From the human T2T-CHM13v2.0 reference genome, Homo sapiens: a DNA stretch of 64,000 nt. The notes under the pieces are model-generated. The model did no database searches. It saw nothing but the letters and a program-made list of their open reading frames with translations, and was not told the DNA's origin. Of the stretch, positions 14,601 to 29,170 are shown piece by piece; the stretch's first letter is position 1, and every line of letters begins with the position of its first letter. The translations under genes were made by a program, and so were the position numbers. The stretch spans positions 1,312,001 through 1,376,000 of the forward strand of contig CP068257.2 in the NCBI GenBank assembly GCA_009914755.4, in the 5' to 3' direction.

Positions 14601-16930
14601 TTATATACTGTACATATAATATCAAAGTACCCAAAGTATATATTCTATTCTGTACAAAAAATAACAAAGAACCAAAAGCATGTATAATATACTGTACATA
14701 AAATATGAAAGTACATCAAATATATATTTTATTCTTTACATAAAATATCAAAGTACACCAGATATATATTCTATATTGTACATAAAATATCAAAGTACCC
14801 AAACTATACATTATATACTGTAAACAAAATATGAAATTACATCAAATATATTTTATATTAGGTACATAAAATATGAAAGTACATCAAATATAGATTATAT
14901 ACTGTACATTAAATACCAAAGTACCCCAAATATATATTTTATACTGTACATGAAATATCAAAGTTCACAAACTATATATTATATACTGTACATAAATTAT
15001 CAAAGTACCCAAGGTATATATTCTATACTGTAGAAAAAATATCAAAGTACCCAAAGCATGTATTATATACTGTACATAAAATATGAAAGTACATCAAATA
15101 TATATTTTATTCTGTACATAATATATCAAAGTACACCAGATATATATTCTATAGTGTACATAAAATAACAAAGTACACAAACTATACATTATATACTGTA
15201 CATAAAATATGAAATTACATCAAATATATATTAGGTACATAAAATATGAAAGTACGTCAAATATAGATTATATACTGTACATAAAATATCAATGTACCCC
15301 AAATATATATTTTATACTATACATGAAATATCAAAGTTCACAAACCATATATTGTATACTGTACATAAAATATCAAAGTACCCAAGGTATATGTTCTATA
15401 CTGTACAAAAAATATCAAAGTACCCAAAGCATGTATTATATACTGTACATAAAATATGAAAGTACATCAAATATATATTTTTTTCCGTACATAAAATATC
15501 AAAGTACACCAGATATATATTCTATAGTGTACATAAAATATCAAAATACACAAACTATACGTTACATACTGTACATAAAATACGAAATTACATCAAATAT
15601 ATATTATATAAGGTACATAAAATATGAAAGTACATCAAATATAGATTATATACTGTACATTAAATACCAAAGAACCCCAAATATATATTATATACTCTAC
15701 ATGATATATCAAAGTTCACAAACTATATATTATATACTGTACATAAAATATCAAAGTATCCAAGGTATATATTCTATACTGTACAAAAAATATCAAAGTA
15801 CCCAAAGCATGTATTATATACTGTATATAAAATATGAAAGTACATCAAATATATATTTTATTCTGTACATAAAATATCAAAGTACACCAGATATATATTC
15901 TATAGTGTACATAAAATAACAAAGTACAAAAACTATAAATTATATACTGTACATAAAATATGAAATTACATCAAATATATATTAGGTACATAAAATATGA
16001 AAGTACATCAAATATAGATTATATACTGTACATAAAATATCAATGTACCCCAAATATATATTTTATACTTGACATGAAATATCAAAGTTCACAAACCATA
16101 TAATATATACTGTACATAAAATATCAAAGTACCCAAGGTATATATTCTATACTGTACAAAAAATATCAAAGTACCCAAAGCATGTATTATATACTGTACA
16201 TAAAATATGAAAGTACATCAAATATATATTTTATTCTGTACATAAAATATCAAAGTACACCAGATATATATTCTATAGTGTACATAAAATATCAAAGTAC
16301 CCAAACTATACATTATATACTGTACATAAAATATGAAATTACATCAAATATATATTATATTAGGTACATAAATTATGAAAGTACATCAAATATAGATTAT
16401 ATACTGTACATTAAATACCAAAGAACCCCAAATATATATTATATACTCTACATGATATATCAAAGTTCACAAACTATATATTATATACTGTACATAAAAT
16501 ATCAAAGTACCCAAGGTATATATTCTATACTGTACAAAAAATATCAAAGCACCCAAAGCATGTATTATATACTGTATATAAAATATGAAAGTACATGAAA
16601 TATATATTTTATTCTGTACATAAAATATCAAAGTACACCAGATATATATTCTATAGTGTACATAAAATAACAAAGTACAAAAACTATAAATTATATACTG
16701 TACATAAAATATGAAATTACATCAAATATATATTAGGTACATAAAATATGAAAGTACATCAAATATAGATTATATACTGTACATAAAATATCAATGTACC
16801 CCAAATATATATTTTATACTCGACATGAAATATCAAAGTTCACAAACCATATAATATATACTGTACATAAAATATCAAAGTACCCAAGGTATATATTCTA
16901 TACTGTACAAAAAATATCAAAGTACCCAAA
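11620..16930. repeat. Segmental duplication copy A, ~5.3 kb; the partner is 23856-29170 at a +12234 to +12238 bp offset.
   Basis: Paired landmarks: marker monomers at 11621 and 23856; ORFs 12052 and 24286; 12700 and 24934; 14080 and 26318; 15209 and 27446; 16182 and 28418; - ORFs 16467 and 28703. All are 12234-12238 bp apart. Private variants such as FFPYIKY/FIPYIKY...TIRYIL and QSIQGIY are shared. Confidence 0.75.
14080..15208. repeat. 3-HOR block duplicated at 17837-18965 (+3757 bp offset).
   Basis: ORFs 14080..14619 and 17837..18376 are both 179 aa and near-identical (FQCTPNIYF, YLKYESTSNMYF, PDIYPIV). Shared variants aataacaaagaaccaaaagc and attctttacataaaatatc occur at 14.66/14.73 kb and 18.42/18.49 kb. 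Confidence 0.75.
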
Positions 16931-17000
16931 GCATGTATTATATACTGTACATAAAATATGAAAGTACATCAAATATATATTTTATTCTGTACATAAAATA
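15950..17000. repeat. Block duplicated at ~18956-20006 (+3006 bp offset). Relative to the 14080/17837 pairing, the downstream copy lacks 2 HORs (~751 bp, corresponding to 15209-15960).
   Basis: ORFs 16182..16598 and 19188..19604 are identical 138-aa ORFs 3006 bp apart. Variant cttgacatgaaatatc...aaccatataatatatac lies at ~16075 and ~19075; ctcgacatgaaat lies at ~16813 and ~19819; ORFs 16933 and 19939 pair. Confidence 0.65.
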
Positions 17001-20000
17001 TGAAAGTACACCAGATATATATTCTATAGTGTACATAAAATATCAAAGTACCCAAACTATACATTATATACTGTACATAAAATATGAAGTTACATCAAAT
17101 ATATATTATATTAGGTACATAAAATATGAAAGTACATCAAATATAGATTATATACTGTACATAAAATATCAAAGTACCCCAAATATATATTATATACTCT
17201 ACATGAAATATCAAAGTTCACAAACTATATATTATATACTGTACATAAAATATCAAAGTACCCAAGGTATATATTCTATAATGTACAAAAAATATCAAAG
17301 TACCCAAAGCGTGTATTATATACTGTATATAAAATATGAAATTACATCAAATATATATTTTATTCTGTACATAAAATATCAAAGTACACCAGATATATAT
17401 TCTATAGTGTACATAAAATATAAAAGTACCCAAACTATACATTATATACTTTACATAAAATATGAAATTACATCAAATATATATTATATTAGGTACATAA
17501 AATATGAAAGTACATCAAATATAGATTATACACTGTACATAAAATATCAAAGTACCACAAATATATATTATATACTCTACATGAAATATCAAAGTTCACA
17601 AACTATATATTATATACTGTACATAAAATAAATTCCCCAAGGTATATATTCTATACTGTAGAAAAAATATCAAAGTACCCAAAGCATGTATTATATACTG
17701 TATATAAAATATGAAAGTACATCAAATATATATTTTATTCTGTACATAATATATCAAAGTACACCAGATATATATTCTATAGTGTACATAAAATAACAAA
17801 GTACAAAAACTATAAATTATATACTGTACATAAAATATGAAATTACATCAAATATATATTAGGTACATAAAATATGAAAGTACATCAAATATAGGTTATA
17901 TACTGTACATAAAATTTCAATGTACCCCAAATATATATTTTATACTCTACATGAAATATCAAAGTTCACAAACCATATATTATATACTGTACATAAAATA
18001 TCAAAGTACGCAAGGTATATATTCTATACTATACAAAAAATATCAAAGTACCCAAAGCATGTATTATATACTGTACCTAAAATATGAAAGTACATCAAAT
18101 ATGTATTTTATTCTGTACATAAAATATCAAAGTACTCCAGATATATATCCTATAGTGTACATAAAATATCAAAGTACCCAAACTATACATTATATACTGT
18201 ACATAAAATATGAAATTACATCAAATATATTTTATATTAGGTACATAAAATATGAAAGTACATCAAATATAGATTATATACTGTACATTAAATACCAAAG
18301 TACCCCAAATATATATTTTATACTGTACATGAAATATCAAAGTTCACAAACTATATATTATATACTGTACATATAATATCAAAGTACCCAAAGTATATAT
18401 TCTATACTGTACAAAAAATAACAAAGAACCAAAAGCATGTATAATATACTGTACATAAAATATGAAAGTACATCAAATATATATTTTATTCTTTACATAA
18501 AATATCAAAGTACACCAGATATATATTCTATATTGTACATAAAATATCAAAGTACCCAAACTATACATTATATACTGTAAACAAAATATGAAATTACATC
18601 AAATATATTTTATATTAGGTACATAAAATATGAAAGTACATCAAATATAGATTATATACTGTACATTAAATACCAAAGTACCCCAAATATATATTTTATA
18701 CTGTACATGAAATATCAAAGTTCACAAACTATATATTATATACTGTACATAAATTATCAAAGTACCCAAGGTATATATTCTATACTGTAGAAAAAATATC
18801 AAAGTACCCAAAGCATGTATTATATACTGTACATAAAATATGAAAGTACATCAAATATATATTTTATTCTGTACATAATATATCAAAGTACACCAGATAT
18901 ATATTCTATAGTGTACATAAAATAACAAAGTACACAAACTATACATTATATACTGTACATAAAATATGAAATTACATCAAATATATATTAGGTACATAAA
19001 ATATGAAAGTACATCAAATATAGATTATATACTGTACATAAAATATCAATGTACCCCAAATATATATTTTATACTTGACATGAAATATCAAAGTTCACAA
19101 ACCATATAATATATACTGTACATAAAATATCAAAGTACCCAAGGTATATATTCTATACTGTACAAAAAATATCAAAGTACCCAAAGCATGTATTATATAC
19201 TGTACATAAAATATGAAAGTACATCAAATATATATTTTATTCTGTACATAAAATATCAAAGTACACCAGATATATATTCTATAGTGTACATAAAATATCA
19301 AAGTACCCAAACTATACATTATATACTGTACATAAAATATGAAATTACATCAAATATATATTATATTAGGTACATAAATTATGAAAGTACATCAAATATA
19401 GATTATATACTGTACATTAAATACCAAAGAACCCCAAATATATATTATATACTCTACATGATATATCAAAGTTCACAAACTATATATTATATACTGTACA
19501 TAAAATATCAAAGTACCCAAGGTATATATTCTATACTGTACAAAAAATATCAAAGCACCCAAAGCATGTATTATATACTGTATATAAAATATGAAAGTAC
19601 ATGAAATATATATTTTATTCTATACATAAAATATCAAAGTACACCAGATATATATTCTATAGTGTACATAAAATAACAAAGTACAAAAACTATAAATTAT
19701 ATACTGTACATAAAATATGAAATTACATCAAATATATATTAGGTACATAAAATATGAAAGTACATCAAATATAGATTATATACTGTACATAAAATATCAA
19801 TGTACCCCAAATATATATTTTATACTCGACATGAAATATCAAAGTTCACAAACCATATAATATATACTGTACATAAAATATCAAAGTACCCAAGGTATAT
19901 ATTCTATACTGTACAAAAAATATCAAAGTACCCAAAGCATGTATTATATACTGTACATAAAATATGAAAGTACATCAAATATATATTTTATTCTGTACAT

Positions 20001-23000
20001 AAAATATCAAAGTACACCAGATATATATTCTATAGTGTACATAAAATATCAAAGTACCCAAACTATACATTATATACTGTACATAAAATATGAAATTACA
20101 TCAAATATATATTATATTTGGTACATAAAATATGAAAGTACATCAAATATAGATTATATACTGTACATTAAATACCAAAGTACCCCAAATATATATTTTA
20201 TACTGTACATGAAATATCAAAGTTCACAAACTATATATTATATACTGTATATATAATATCAAAGTACCCAAGGTATATATTCTATACTGCACAAAAAATA
20301 TCAAAGTACCCAAAGCATGTATTATATACAGTACATAAAATATGAAAGTACATCAAATATATATTTTATTCTGTACATAAAATATCACAGTACACCAGAT
20401 ATATATTCTATAGTGTACATAAAATATAAAAGTACCCAAACTATACATTATATACTGTACATAAAATATGTAATTACATCAAATATATATTATATTAGGT
20501 ACATAAAATATGAAAGTACATCAAATATAGATTATATACTGTACATTAAATACCAAAGTACCCCTAATATATATTTTATACTGTACATGAAATATCAAAG
20601 TTCACAAACTATATATTATATACTGTACATAAAATATCAAAGTACCCAAGTTATATATTCTATACTGTACAAAAAATATCAAAGTACCCAAAGCATGTAT
20701 TATATACTGTACCTAAAATATGAAAGTACATCAAATATATATTTTATTCTGTACATAAAATATCAAAGTACACCAGATATATATTCTATAGTGTACATAA
20801 AATATCAAAGTACCCAAACTATACATTATATGCTGTACATAAAATATGAAATTACATCAAATATATATTATATTAGGTACATAAAATATGAAAGTACATC
20901 AAATATAGATTATACACTGTACATAAAATATCAAAGTACCCCAAATTTATATTGTATACTCTACATGAAATATCAAAGTTCACAAACTATATATTATATA
21001 CTGTACATAAAATAAAGTCCTCAAGGTATATATTCTATACTGTAGAAAAAATATCAAAGTACCCAAAGCATGTATTATATACTGTATATAAAATATGAAA
21101 GTACATCAAATATATATTTTATTCTGTACATAATATATCAAAGTACACCAGATATATATTCTATAGCGTACATAAAATAACAAAGTACAAAAACTATAAA
21201 TTATATACTGTACATAAAATATGAAAGTACATCAAATATATATTTTATTCTGTACATAAAATATCAAAGTACACCAGATATATATTCTATAGTGTACATA
21301 AAATATCAAAGTACCCAAACTATACATTATATACTGTACATAAAATATGAAATTACATCAAATATATATTATATTAGGTACATAAAATATGAAAGTACAT
21401 CAAATATAGATTATATACTGTACATTAAATACCAAAGAACCCCAAATATATATTATATACTCTACATGATATATCAAAGTTCACAAACTATATATTATAT
21501 ACTGTACATAAAATATCAAAGTACCCAAAGTATATATTCTATACTGTACAAAAAATATCAAAGTACCCAAAGCATGTATTATATACTGTACATAAAATAT
21601 GAAAGTACATCAAATATATATTTTATTCTGTACATAAAATATCAAAGTACACCAGATATATATTCTATAGTGTACATAAAATAACAAAGTACAAAAACTA
21701 TAAATTATATACTGCACATAAAATATGAAATTACATCAAATATATATTAGGTACATAAAATATGAAAGTACATCAAATATAGATTATATACTGTACATAA
21801 AATATCAATGTACCCCAAATATATATTTTATACTCTACATGAAATACCAAAGTTCACAAACCATATATTATGTACTGTACATAAAATATCAAAGTACCCA
21901 AGGTATATATTCTATACTGTGCAAAAAATATCAAAGTACCCAAAGCATGTATTATATACTGTACATAAAATATGAAAGTACATCAAATATATATTTTATT
22001 CTGTACATAAAATATCAAAGTACACCAGATATATATTCTATAGTGTACATAAAATATCAAAGTACCCAAACTATACATTATATACTGTACATAAAATATG
22101 AAATTACATCAAATATATATTATATTAGGTACATAAAATATGAAAGTACATCAAATATAGATTATATACTATACATAAAATATCAAAGTACCCCAAATAT
22201 ATATTATATACTCTACATGAAATATCAAAGTTCACAAGCTATATATTATATACTGTACATAAAATATCAAAGTACCCAAGGTATATATTCTATAATGTAC
22301 AAAAAATATCAAAGTACCCAAAGCGTGTATTATATACTGTATATAAAATATAAAATTACATCAAATATATATTTTATTCTGTACATAAAATATCAAAGTA
22401 CACCAGATATATATTCTATAGTGTACATAAAATATCAAAGTACCCAAACTATACATTATATACTGTACATAAAATATGAAATTACATCAAATATATATTA
22501 TATTAGGTACATAAAATATGAAAGTACATCAAATATAGATTATATACTGTACATTAAATACCAAAGAACCCCAAATATATATTATATACTCTACATGATA
22601 TATCAAAGTTCACAAACTATATATTATGTACTGTACATAAAATATCAAAGTACCCAAGGTATATATTCTATACTGTACAAAAAATATCAAAGTACCCAAA
22701 GCATGTATTATATACTGTACATAAAATATGAAAGTACATCAAATATATATTTTATTCTGTACATAAAATATCAAAGTACACCAGATATATATTCTATAGT
22801 GTACATAAAATAACAAAGTACAAAAACTATAAATTATATACTGCACATAAAATATGAAATTACATCAAATATATATTAGGTACATAAAATATGAAAGTAC
22901 ATCAAATATAGATTATATACTGTACATAAAATATCAATGTACCCCAAATATATATTTTATACTCTACATGAAATACCAAAGTTCACAAACCATATATTAT

Positions 23001-23855
23001 ATACTGTACATAAAATATCAAAGTACCCAAGGTATATATTCTATACCGTGCAAAAAATATCAAAGTACCCAAAGCATGTATTATATACTGTACATAAAAT
23101 ATGAAAGTACATCAAATATATATTTTATTCTGTACATAAAATATCAAAGTACACCAGATATATATTCTATAGTGTACATAAAATATCAAAGTACCCAAAC
23201 TATACATTATATACTGTACATAAAATATGAAATTACATCAAATATATATTATATTAGGTACATAAAATATGAAAGTACATCAAATATAGATTATATACTG
23301 TACATAAAATATCAAAGTACCCCAAATATATATTATATACTCTACATGAAATATCAAAGTTCACAAGCTATATATTATATACTGTACATAAAATATCAAA
23401 GTACCCAAGGTATATATTCTATAATGTACAAAAAATATCAAAGTACCCAAAGCGTGTATTATATACTGTATATAAAATATAAAATTACATCAAATATATA
23501 TTTTATTCTGTACATAAAATATCAAAGTACACCAGATATATATTCTATAGTGTACATAAAATATCAAAGTACCCAAACTATACATTATATACTGTACATA
23601 AAATATGAAATTACATCAAATATATATTATATTAGGTACATAAAATATGAAAGTACATCAAATATAGATTATATACTGTACATTAAATACCAAAGTACCC
23701 CAAATATATATTTTATACTGTAAATGAAATATCAAAGTTCACAAACTATATATTATATACTGTACATAAAATATCAAAGTACCCCAAATATATATTATAT
23801 ACTCTACATGAAATATCAAAGTTCACAAACTATATATTATATACTGTACATAAAA

Positions 23856-26800
23856 TAAAGTCCCCAAGGTATATATTCTATACTGTAGAAAAAATATCAA
23901 AGTACCCAAAGCAAGTTTTATATACTGTATATAAAATATGAAAGTACATCAAATATATATTTTATTCTGTACATAATTTATCAAAGTACACCATATATAT
24001 ATTCTATAGTGTACATAAAATAACAAAGTACAAAAACTATAAATTATATACTGCACATAAAATATGAAATTACATCAAATATATATTAGGTACATAAAAT
24101 ATGAAAGTACATCAAATATAGATTATATACTGTACATAAAATTTCAATGTACCCCAAATATATATTTTATACTCTACATGAAATATCAAAGTTCACAAAC
24201 CATATATTATATACTGTACATAAAATAACAAAGTACCCAAGGTATATATTCTATACTATACAAAAAATATCAAAGTACCCAAAGCATGTATTATATACTG
24301 TACCTAAAATATGAAAGTACATCAAATATATATTTTATTCTGTACATAAAATATCAAAGTACTCCAGATATATATCCTATAGTGTACATAAAATATCAAA
24401 GTACCCAAACTATACATTATATACTGTACATAAAATATGAAATTACATCAAATATATTTTATATTAGGTACAAAAAATATGAAAGTACATCAAATATAGT
24501 TTATATACTGTACATTAAATACCAAAGTACCCCAAATATATATTTTATACTATACATGAAATATCAAAGTTCACAAACTATATATTATATACTGTACATA
24601 TAATATCACAGTACCCAAGGTATATATTCTATACTGTACAAAAAATAACAAGGTACCAAAAGCATGTATAATATACTGTACATAAAATATGAAAGTACAT
24701 CAAATATATATTTTATTCTGTACATAAAATATCAAAGTACACCAGATATATATTCTAGAGTGTACATAAAATATCAAAGTACCCAAACTATACATTATAT
24801 ACTGTAAATAAAATATGAAATTACATCAAATATATTTTATATTAGGTACATAAAATATGAAAGTACATCAAATATAGATTATATACTGTACATTAAATAC
24901 CAAAGTACCCCAAATATATATTTTATACTGTACATGAAATATCAAAGTTCACAAACTATATATTATATACTGTACATAAATTATCAAAGTACCCAAGGTA
25001 TATATTCTATACTGTACAAAAAATATCAAAGTACCCAAAGCATGTATTATATACTGTACATAAAATATGATAGTACACCAAATATATATTTTATTCCGTA
25101 CATAAAATATCAAAGTACACCAGATATATATTCTATAGTGTACATAAAATAACAAAGTACAAAAACTATAAATTATATACTGTACATAAAATATGAAATT
25201 ACATCAAATATATATTAGGTACATAAAATATGAAAGTACATCAAATATAGATTATATACTGTACATAAAATTTCAATGTACCCCAAATATATATTTTATA
25301 CTCTACATGAAATATCAAAGTTCACAAACCATATATTATGTACTGTACATTAAATATCAAAGTACGCAAGGTATATATTCTATACTATACAAAAAATATC
25401 AAAGTACCCAAAGCATGTATTATATACTGTACCTAAAATATGAATGTACATCAAATATATATTTTATTCTGTACATAAAATATCAAAATACACCAGATAT
25501 ATATTCTATAGTGTTCACAAAATATCAAAGTACCCAAACTATACATTATATACTGTACATAAAATATGAAATTACATCAAATATATTTTATATTAGGTAC
25601 ATAAAATATGAAAGTACATCAAATATAGATTATATACTGTACATTAAATACCAAAGTACCCCAAATATATATTTTATACTGTACATGAAATATCAAAGTT
25701 CACAAACTATATATTATATACTGTACATATAATATCAAAGTACCCAAAGTATATATTCTATACTGTACAAAAATGACAAAGAACCAAAAGCATGTATAAT
25801 ATACTGTACATAAAATATGAAAGTACATAAAATATATATTTTATTCTGTACATAAAATATCAAAGTACACCAGATATATATTCTATAGTGTACATAAAAT
25901 ATCAAAGTACCCAAACTATACATTATATACTGTAAATAAAATATGAAATTACATCAAATATATTTTATATTAGGTACATAAAATATGAAAGTACATCAAA
26001 TATAGATTATACACTGTACATTAAATACCAAAGTACCCCAAATATATATTTTATACTGTACATGAAATATCAAAGTTCACAAACTATATATTATATACTG
26101 TACATAAAATAAAGTCCCCAAGGTATATATTCTATACTGTAGAAAAAATATCAAAGTACCCAAAGCATGTATTATATACTGTATATAAAATATGAAAGTA
26201 CATCAAATATATATTTTATTCTGTACATAATATATCAAAGTACACCAGATATATATTCTATAGTGTACATAAAATAACAAAGTACAAAAACTATAAATTA
26301 TATACTGTACATATAATATGAAATTACATCAAATATATATTAGGTACATAAAATATGAAAGTACATCAAATATAGATTATATACTGTACATAAAATTTCA
26401 ATGTACCCCAAATATATATTTTATACTCTACATGAAATATCAAAGTTCACAAACCATATATTATATACTGTACATTAAATATCAAAGTACGCAAGGTATA
26501 TATTCTATACTATACAAAAAATATCAAAGTACCCAAAGCATGTATTATATACGGTACCTAAAATATGAATGTACATCAAATATATATTTTATTCTGTACA
26601 TAAAATATCAAAATACACCAGATATATATTCTATAGTGTTCACAAAATATCAAAGTACCCAAACTATACATTATATACTGTACATAAAATATGAAATTAC
26701 ATCAAATATATTTTATATTAGGTACATAAAATATGAAAGTACATCAAATATAGATTATATACTGTACATTAAATACCAAAGTACCCCAAATATATATTTT

Positions 26801-29170
26801 ATACTGTACATGAAATATCAAAGTTCACAAACTATATATTATATACTGTACATATAATATCAAAGTACCCAAAGTATATATTCTATACTGTACAAAAATG
26901 ACAAAGAACCAAAAGCATGTATAATATACTGTACATAAAATATGAAAGTACATAAAATATATATTTTATTCTGTACATAAAATATCAAAGTACACCAGAT
27001 ATATATTCTATAGTGTACATAAAATATCAAAGTACCCAAACTATACATTATATACTGTAAATAAAATATGAAATTACATCAAATATATTTTATATTAGGT
27101 ACATAAAATATGAAAGTACATCAAATATAGATTATATACTGTACATTAAATACCAAAGTACCCCAAATATATATTTTATACTGTACATGAAATATCAAAG
27201 TTCACAAACTATATATTATATACTGTACATAAATTATCAAAGTACCCAAGGTATATATTCTATACTGTAGAAAAAATATCAAAGTACCCAAAGCATGTAT
27301 TATATACTGTACATAAAATATGAAAGTACATCAAATATATATTTTATTCTGTACATAATATATCAAAGTACACCAGATATATATTCTATAGTGTACATAA
27401 AATAACAAAGTACACAAACTATACATTATATACTGTACATAAAATATGAAATTACATCAAATATATATTAGGTACATAAAATATGAAAGTACGTCAAATA
27501 TAGATTATATACTGTACATAAAATATCAATGTACCCCAAATATATATTTTATACTATACATGAAATATCAAAGTTCACAAACCATATATTGTATACTGTA
27601 CATAAAATATCAAAGTACCCAAGGTATATGTTCTATACTGTACAAAAAATATCAAAGTACCCAAAGCATGTATTATATACTGTACATAAAATATGAAAGT
27701 ACATCAAATATATATTTTATTCCGTACATAAAATATCAAAGTACACCAGATATATCTTCTATAGTGTACATAAAATATCAAAGTACACAAACTATACGTT
27801 ACATACTGTTCATAAAATACGAAATTACATCAAATATATATTATATAAGGTACATAAAATATGAAAGTACATCAAATATAGATTATATACTGTATATTAA
27901 ATACCAAAGAACCCCAAATATATATTATATACTCTACATGATATATCAAAGTTCACAAACTATATATTATATACTGTACATAAAATATCAAAGTATCCAA
28001 GGTATATATTCTATACTGTACAAAAAATATCAAAGTACCCAAAGCATGTATTATATACTGTATATAAAATATGAAAGTACATCAAATATATATTTTATTC
28101 TGTACATAAAATATCAAAGTACACCAGATATATATTCTATAGTGTACATAAAATAACAAAGTACAAAAACTATAAATTACATACTGTACATAAAATATGA
28201 ATTACATCAAATATATATTAGGTACATAAAATATGAAAGTACATCAAATATAGATTATATACTGTACATAAAATATCAATGTACCCCAAATATATATTTT
28301 ATACTTGACATGAAATATCAAAGTTCACAAACCATATAATATATACTGTACATAAAATATCAAAGTACCCAAGGTATATATTCTATACTGTACAAAAAAT
28401 ATCAAAGTACCCAAAGCATGTATTATATACTGTACATAAAATATGAAAGTACATCAAATATATATTTTATTCTGTACATAAAATATCAAAGTACACCAGA
28501 TATATATTCTATAGTGTACATAAAATATCAAAGTACCCAAACTATACATTATATACTGTACATAAAATATGAAATTACATCAAATATATATTATATTAGG
28601 TACATAAAATATGAAAGTACATCAAATATAGATTATATACTGTACATTAAATACCAAAGAACCCCAAATATATATTATATACTCTACATGATATATCAAA
28701 GTTCACAAACTATATATTATATACTGTACATAAAATATCAAAGTACCCAAGGTATATATTCTATACTGTACAAAAAATATCAAAGTACCCAAAGCATGTA
28801 TTATATACTGTATATAAAATATGAAAGTACATGAAATATATATTTTATTCTGTACATAAAATATCAAAGTACACCAGATATATATTCTATAGTGTACATA
28901 AAATAACAAAGTACAAAAACTATAAATTATATACTGTACATAAAATATGAAATTACATCAAATATATATTAGGTACATAAAATATGAAAGTACATCAAAT
29001 ATAGATTATATACTGTACATAAAATATCAATGTACCCCAAATATATATTTTATACTCGACATGAAATATCAAAGTTCACAAACCATATAATATATACTGT
29101 ACATAAAATATCAAAGTACCCAAGGTATATATTCTATACTGTACAAAAGATATCAAAGTACCCAAATCAT
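23856..29170. repeat. Segmental duplication copy B of 11620-16930. This copy carries an internal 1125-bp tandem duplication and a ~7-monomer deletion near 23724-23860.
   Basis: See the partner entry. At 23724-23860 the order is m3-m2-m3-marker, against the full m3...m9-m1-m2-m3-marker run at 11195-11621. Confidence 0.7.
25193..27442. repeat. Perfect-register tandem duplication of a 1125-bp (3-HOR) block: 25193-26317 and 26318-27442.
   Basis: ORFs 25193..25732 and 26318..26857 are both 179 aa and near-identical (ECTSNIYF, QNTPDIYSIVFTKYQ). - ORFs 25735..25923 and 26860..27048 are identical 62-aa artefacts 1125 bp apart. Confidence 0.8.
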
